Source: Folioceros fuciformis
Taxonomy: Eukaryota
Length of the DNA stretch: 35,013 nt
Direction: 5' to 3'
NCBI GenBank assembly: GCA_049999805.1
Contig: JBNGIO010006342.1
Span: 427,436-462,448, forward strand
Under the pieces are notes generated by a model. That model did not search any database and was not told where the DNA came from. It saw only the letters and a list, made by a program, of their open reading frames with translations. Below are positions 33,335 through 35,013 of the stretch, in pieces. A program made the translations under genes and the position numbers. How positions within the stretch are numbered: the stretch's first letter is position 1; each line of letters begins with the position of its first letter.

Positions 33335-34993
33335 TCATAGCTCTACCACCTCCAGCTTGGGCTTCTTGTTGGCGGGAAGAAGAGAGGATGTGCCTGGAGC
33401 GGTGGAAGAAAAGTCGAGGAGCCCGGAGTTGTGGCATCTTGGGCACTGAACCTCCGCCTTGGACAGCATCACGTAGATAAGGCAGTTCTTGCAGCACTTG
33501 AGGGTGACGGCCGGCGGCGATCGGGTGGCCCCCGACGCTAGCCCCAGCCCGAGGTCCTGGTGGTGCCCGTCGGAGCTCTCCATGGCGGCCCGGAATGGAG
33601 AACCGCCGCCCAGCAGCGGAGAAGAAAGCTTCAGAGACGCCAGGTTCGGAGAAATGTGCGTCGACGAGCTGGCCAGGTTGGAGGAGGAATCCACCGGGCA
33701 GATGCTTCCGGACGAGGGATGGTTCGGGGACGAGGAGACGTTGCTGCTGGAGGAGACGCAATTGGGGCCGGAAGGGGAGCCAGCGCGGAGGCAGCAGGAT
33801 GCCGCGGCCACATTCTTGGGCGAGCCTGGGCGAGACCCGGTCCCTCGCTTCCTCCTCCCTGCTGATGGTGCTGGACAGTCGGAGGGCGGGGTGGAGGAGG
33901 AGGCGGAGGAAGAGGAATCCGAAGGCGAGGCCGGAGGAGAACGCAGATTCAGCAGTGGCTGTTGGGATTTGGACCAGGGCAGCGCGCCGGCGCCCTGCTG
34001 CTGCTGCGGAAGGGGAAGAGAAGGGGAAGGAGGAGGCCTCCTGTCGCGGAGCAAGGCCTCCCGGACTTTCTCCATGGTGCACACGCTCTTGCCGTCGTCC
34101 TTGAGGAAACGAGGCTCCGCGGTGCAGCTGCTAAGTTTGAGGTCGAGGCCAGAGTTGTCGAGGCCCTGCCTCTGGACGTGGCCGGGGTTCCCGAAGCGCA
34201 GAAGCTCCTGCTGCGGAATCCGCTCCGAGAATCCCTTAGCCGCGGCAGCCCAGTGCTCGAGCGCCCAAGGGGCGGGCGCTGTCATCTCCGCGGCGGACAA
34301 GCACGAGCCCAGGCAGAGGCCCGAGGAGCTGCCGTCCGTCGGCCGGGGGGACGGGGAAGAAGAAGCCGGCTTGGTGCCGACGAGGAAATTCACGGGCGTG
34401 GTAGGCGCGGAATCGGAGCCCCCTGGATCCCCGTCGCGCGAGCTGGGCGTGGCCAGGCCGGGCCTCTGCTGCTGCCGGGGATCCACGTAAGTCTTGGCCC
34501 CGGTGCTGCGGTTCTGGAAGTACACTGCTCCGGACTGCACTCGCAACAACACCACGGCTTCCGTCAATTCCTCGCTCGAACAGGCCCCGGGAAGCCTCGG
34601 ACCTGCCGTGGCCAAGACACAAGAAAGAAGAGGAGGCGACAAATCTCATCTTACCCGCAGGTCGAGACACTTCTCCCAGCCCTCGGGCACGGACCAATTC
34701 GGGTCCAGCTCCAGGAACTCAGCCTGCTGCTGCTGCTGCTGCGGCTGCGGCTCATGCGGCAGCTGGTTGTGCGCGTTCCGCGCATTGGAGATGCCCAGCA
34801 GGTCCAGCGTCTCGGGGACCTGGACCTGGCCCAGCATGAGCTGCACGGCCTTGTGGAGATCCTGCCCCCACCCACGCTTCTTCCCGGGCATCGCAGCAGC
34901 CATAGCCAGCACCTCCGGGCTGGCCCCCGACGTAGAGCTGGAATCCCCGGACTTGCTGCTACTGCTACTGTGGCTGTGGCTGGAGTGGTGCAT
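33335..34993 (-). CDS. CFL1: CURLY FLAG LEAF 1-family WW-domain protein, 2 exons, about 512 aa (5' end may extend beyond the window)
   Basis: Exons 34993-34655 and 34534-33335 join the WW domain VPEGWEKCLDLR|SGAVYFQNRSTGAKTYVDPR. EAR motif LDLKL at 34147-34133, SVCTMEKVREAL, and C-terminal CKNCLIYVMLS..CPRC...LLDF. The frame is open to the window edge. Confidence 0.85.
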
Positions 34994-35013
34994 CTGCACC
35001 ACAAATTCCTTCC

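Noticed and set aside
33120..34490. Overlapping 333-aa (+) and 320-aa (-) ORFs within CFL1
   Set aside because: GC-rich, low-complexity shadow frames of the real gene.

Overview
Gene-dense nuclear DNA from a land plant with short GT-AG introns; the compact layout suggests a bryophyte such as a hornwort (inference, not proven). From left to right: (1) intronless RTF2 with an N-terminal ubiquitin-like domain; (2) a block of degenerate and palindromic tandem repeats; (3) three tandem intronless coiled-coil + C3HC4 RING E3-ligase paralogs with hypervariable N-termini and unrelated upstream regions; (4) a 15-exon plastid alpha-glucan phosphorylase with a short L78-type insert; (5) a 9-exon plastid ribose-5-phosphate isomerase; (6) PsaO; (7) an At1g80700-like membrane protein head-to-head with exonuclease V; (8) a Dabb/UP3-like protein with a candidate N-terminal transit exon and a C-terminal PTS1; (9) a U1 snRNA gene on the minus strand, not shown by the ORF track; (10) a secreted single-domain DUF26/Gnk2-like protein; (11) about 5 kb of apparently non-coding DNA; (12) a CFL1-family WW-domain gene at the right edge. 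Exon boundaries were traced by hand and keep frame. Family assignments come from recalled motifs, not database searches. The best candidate for an undescribed system is the RING triplet.
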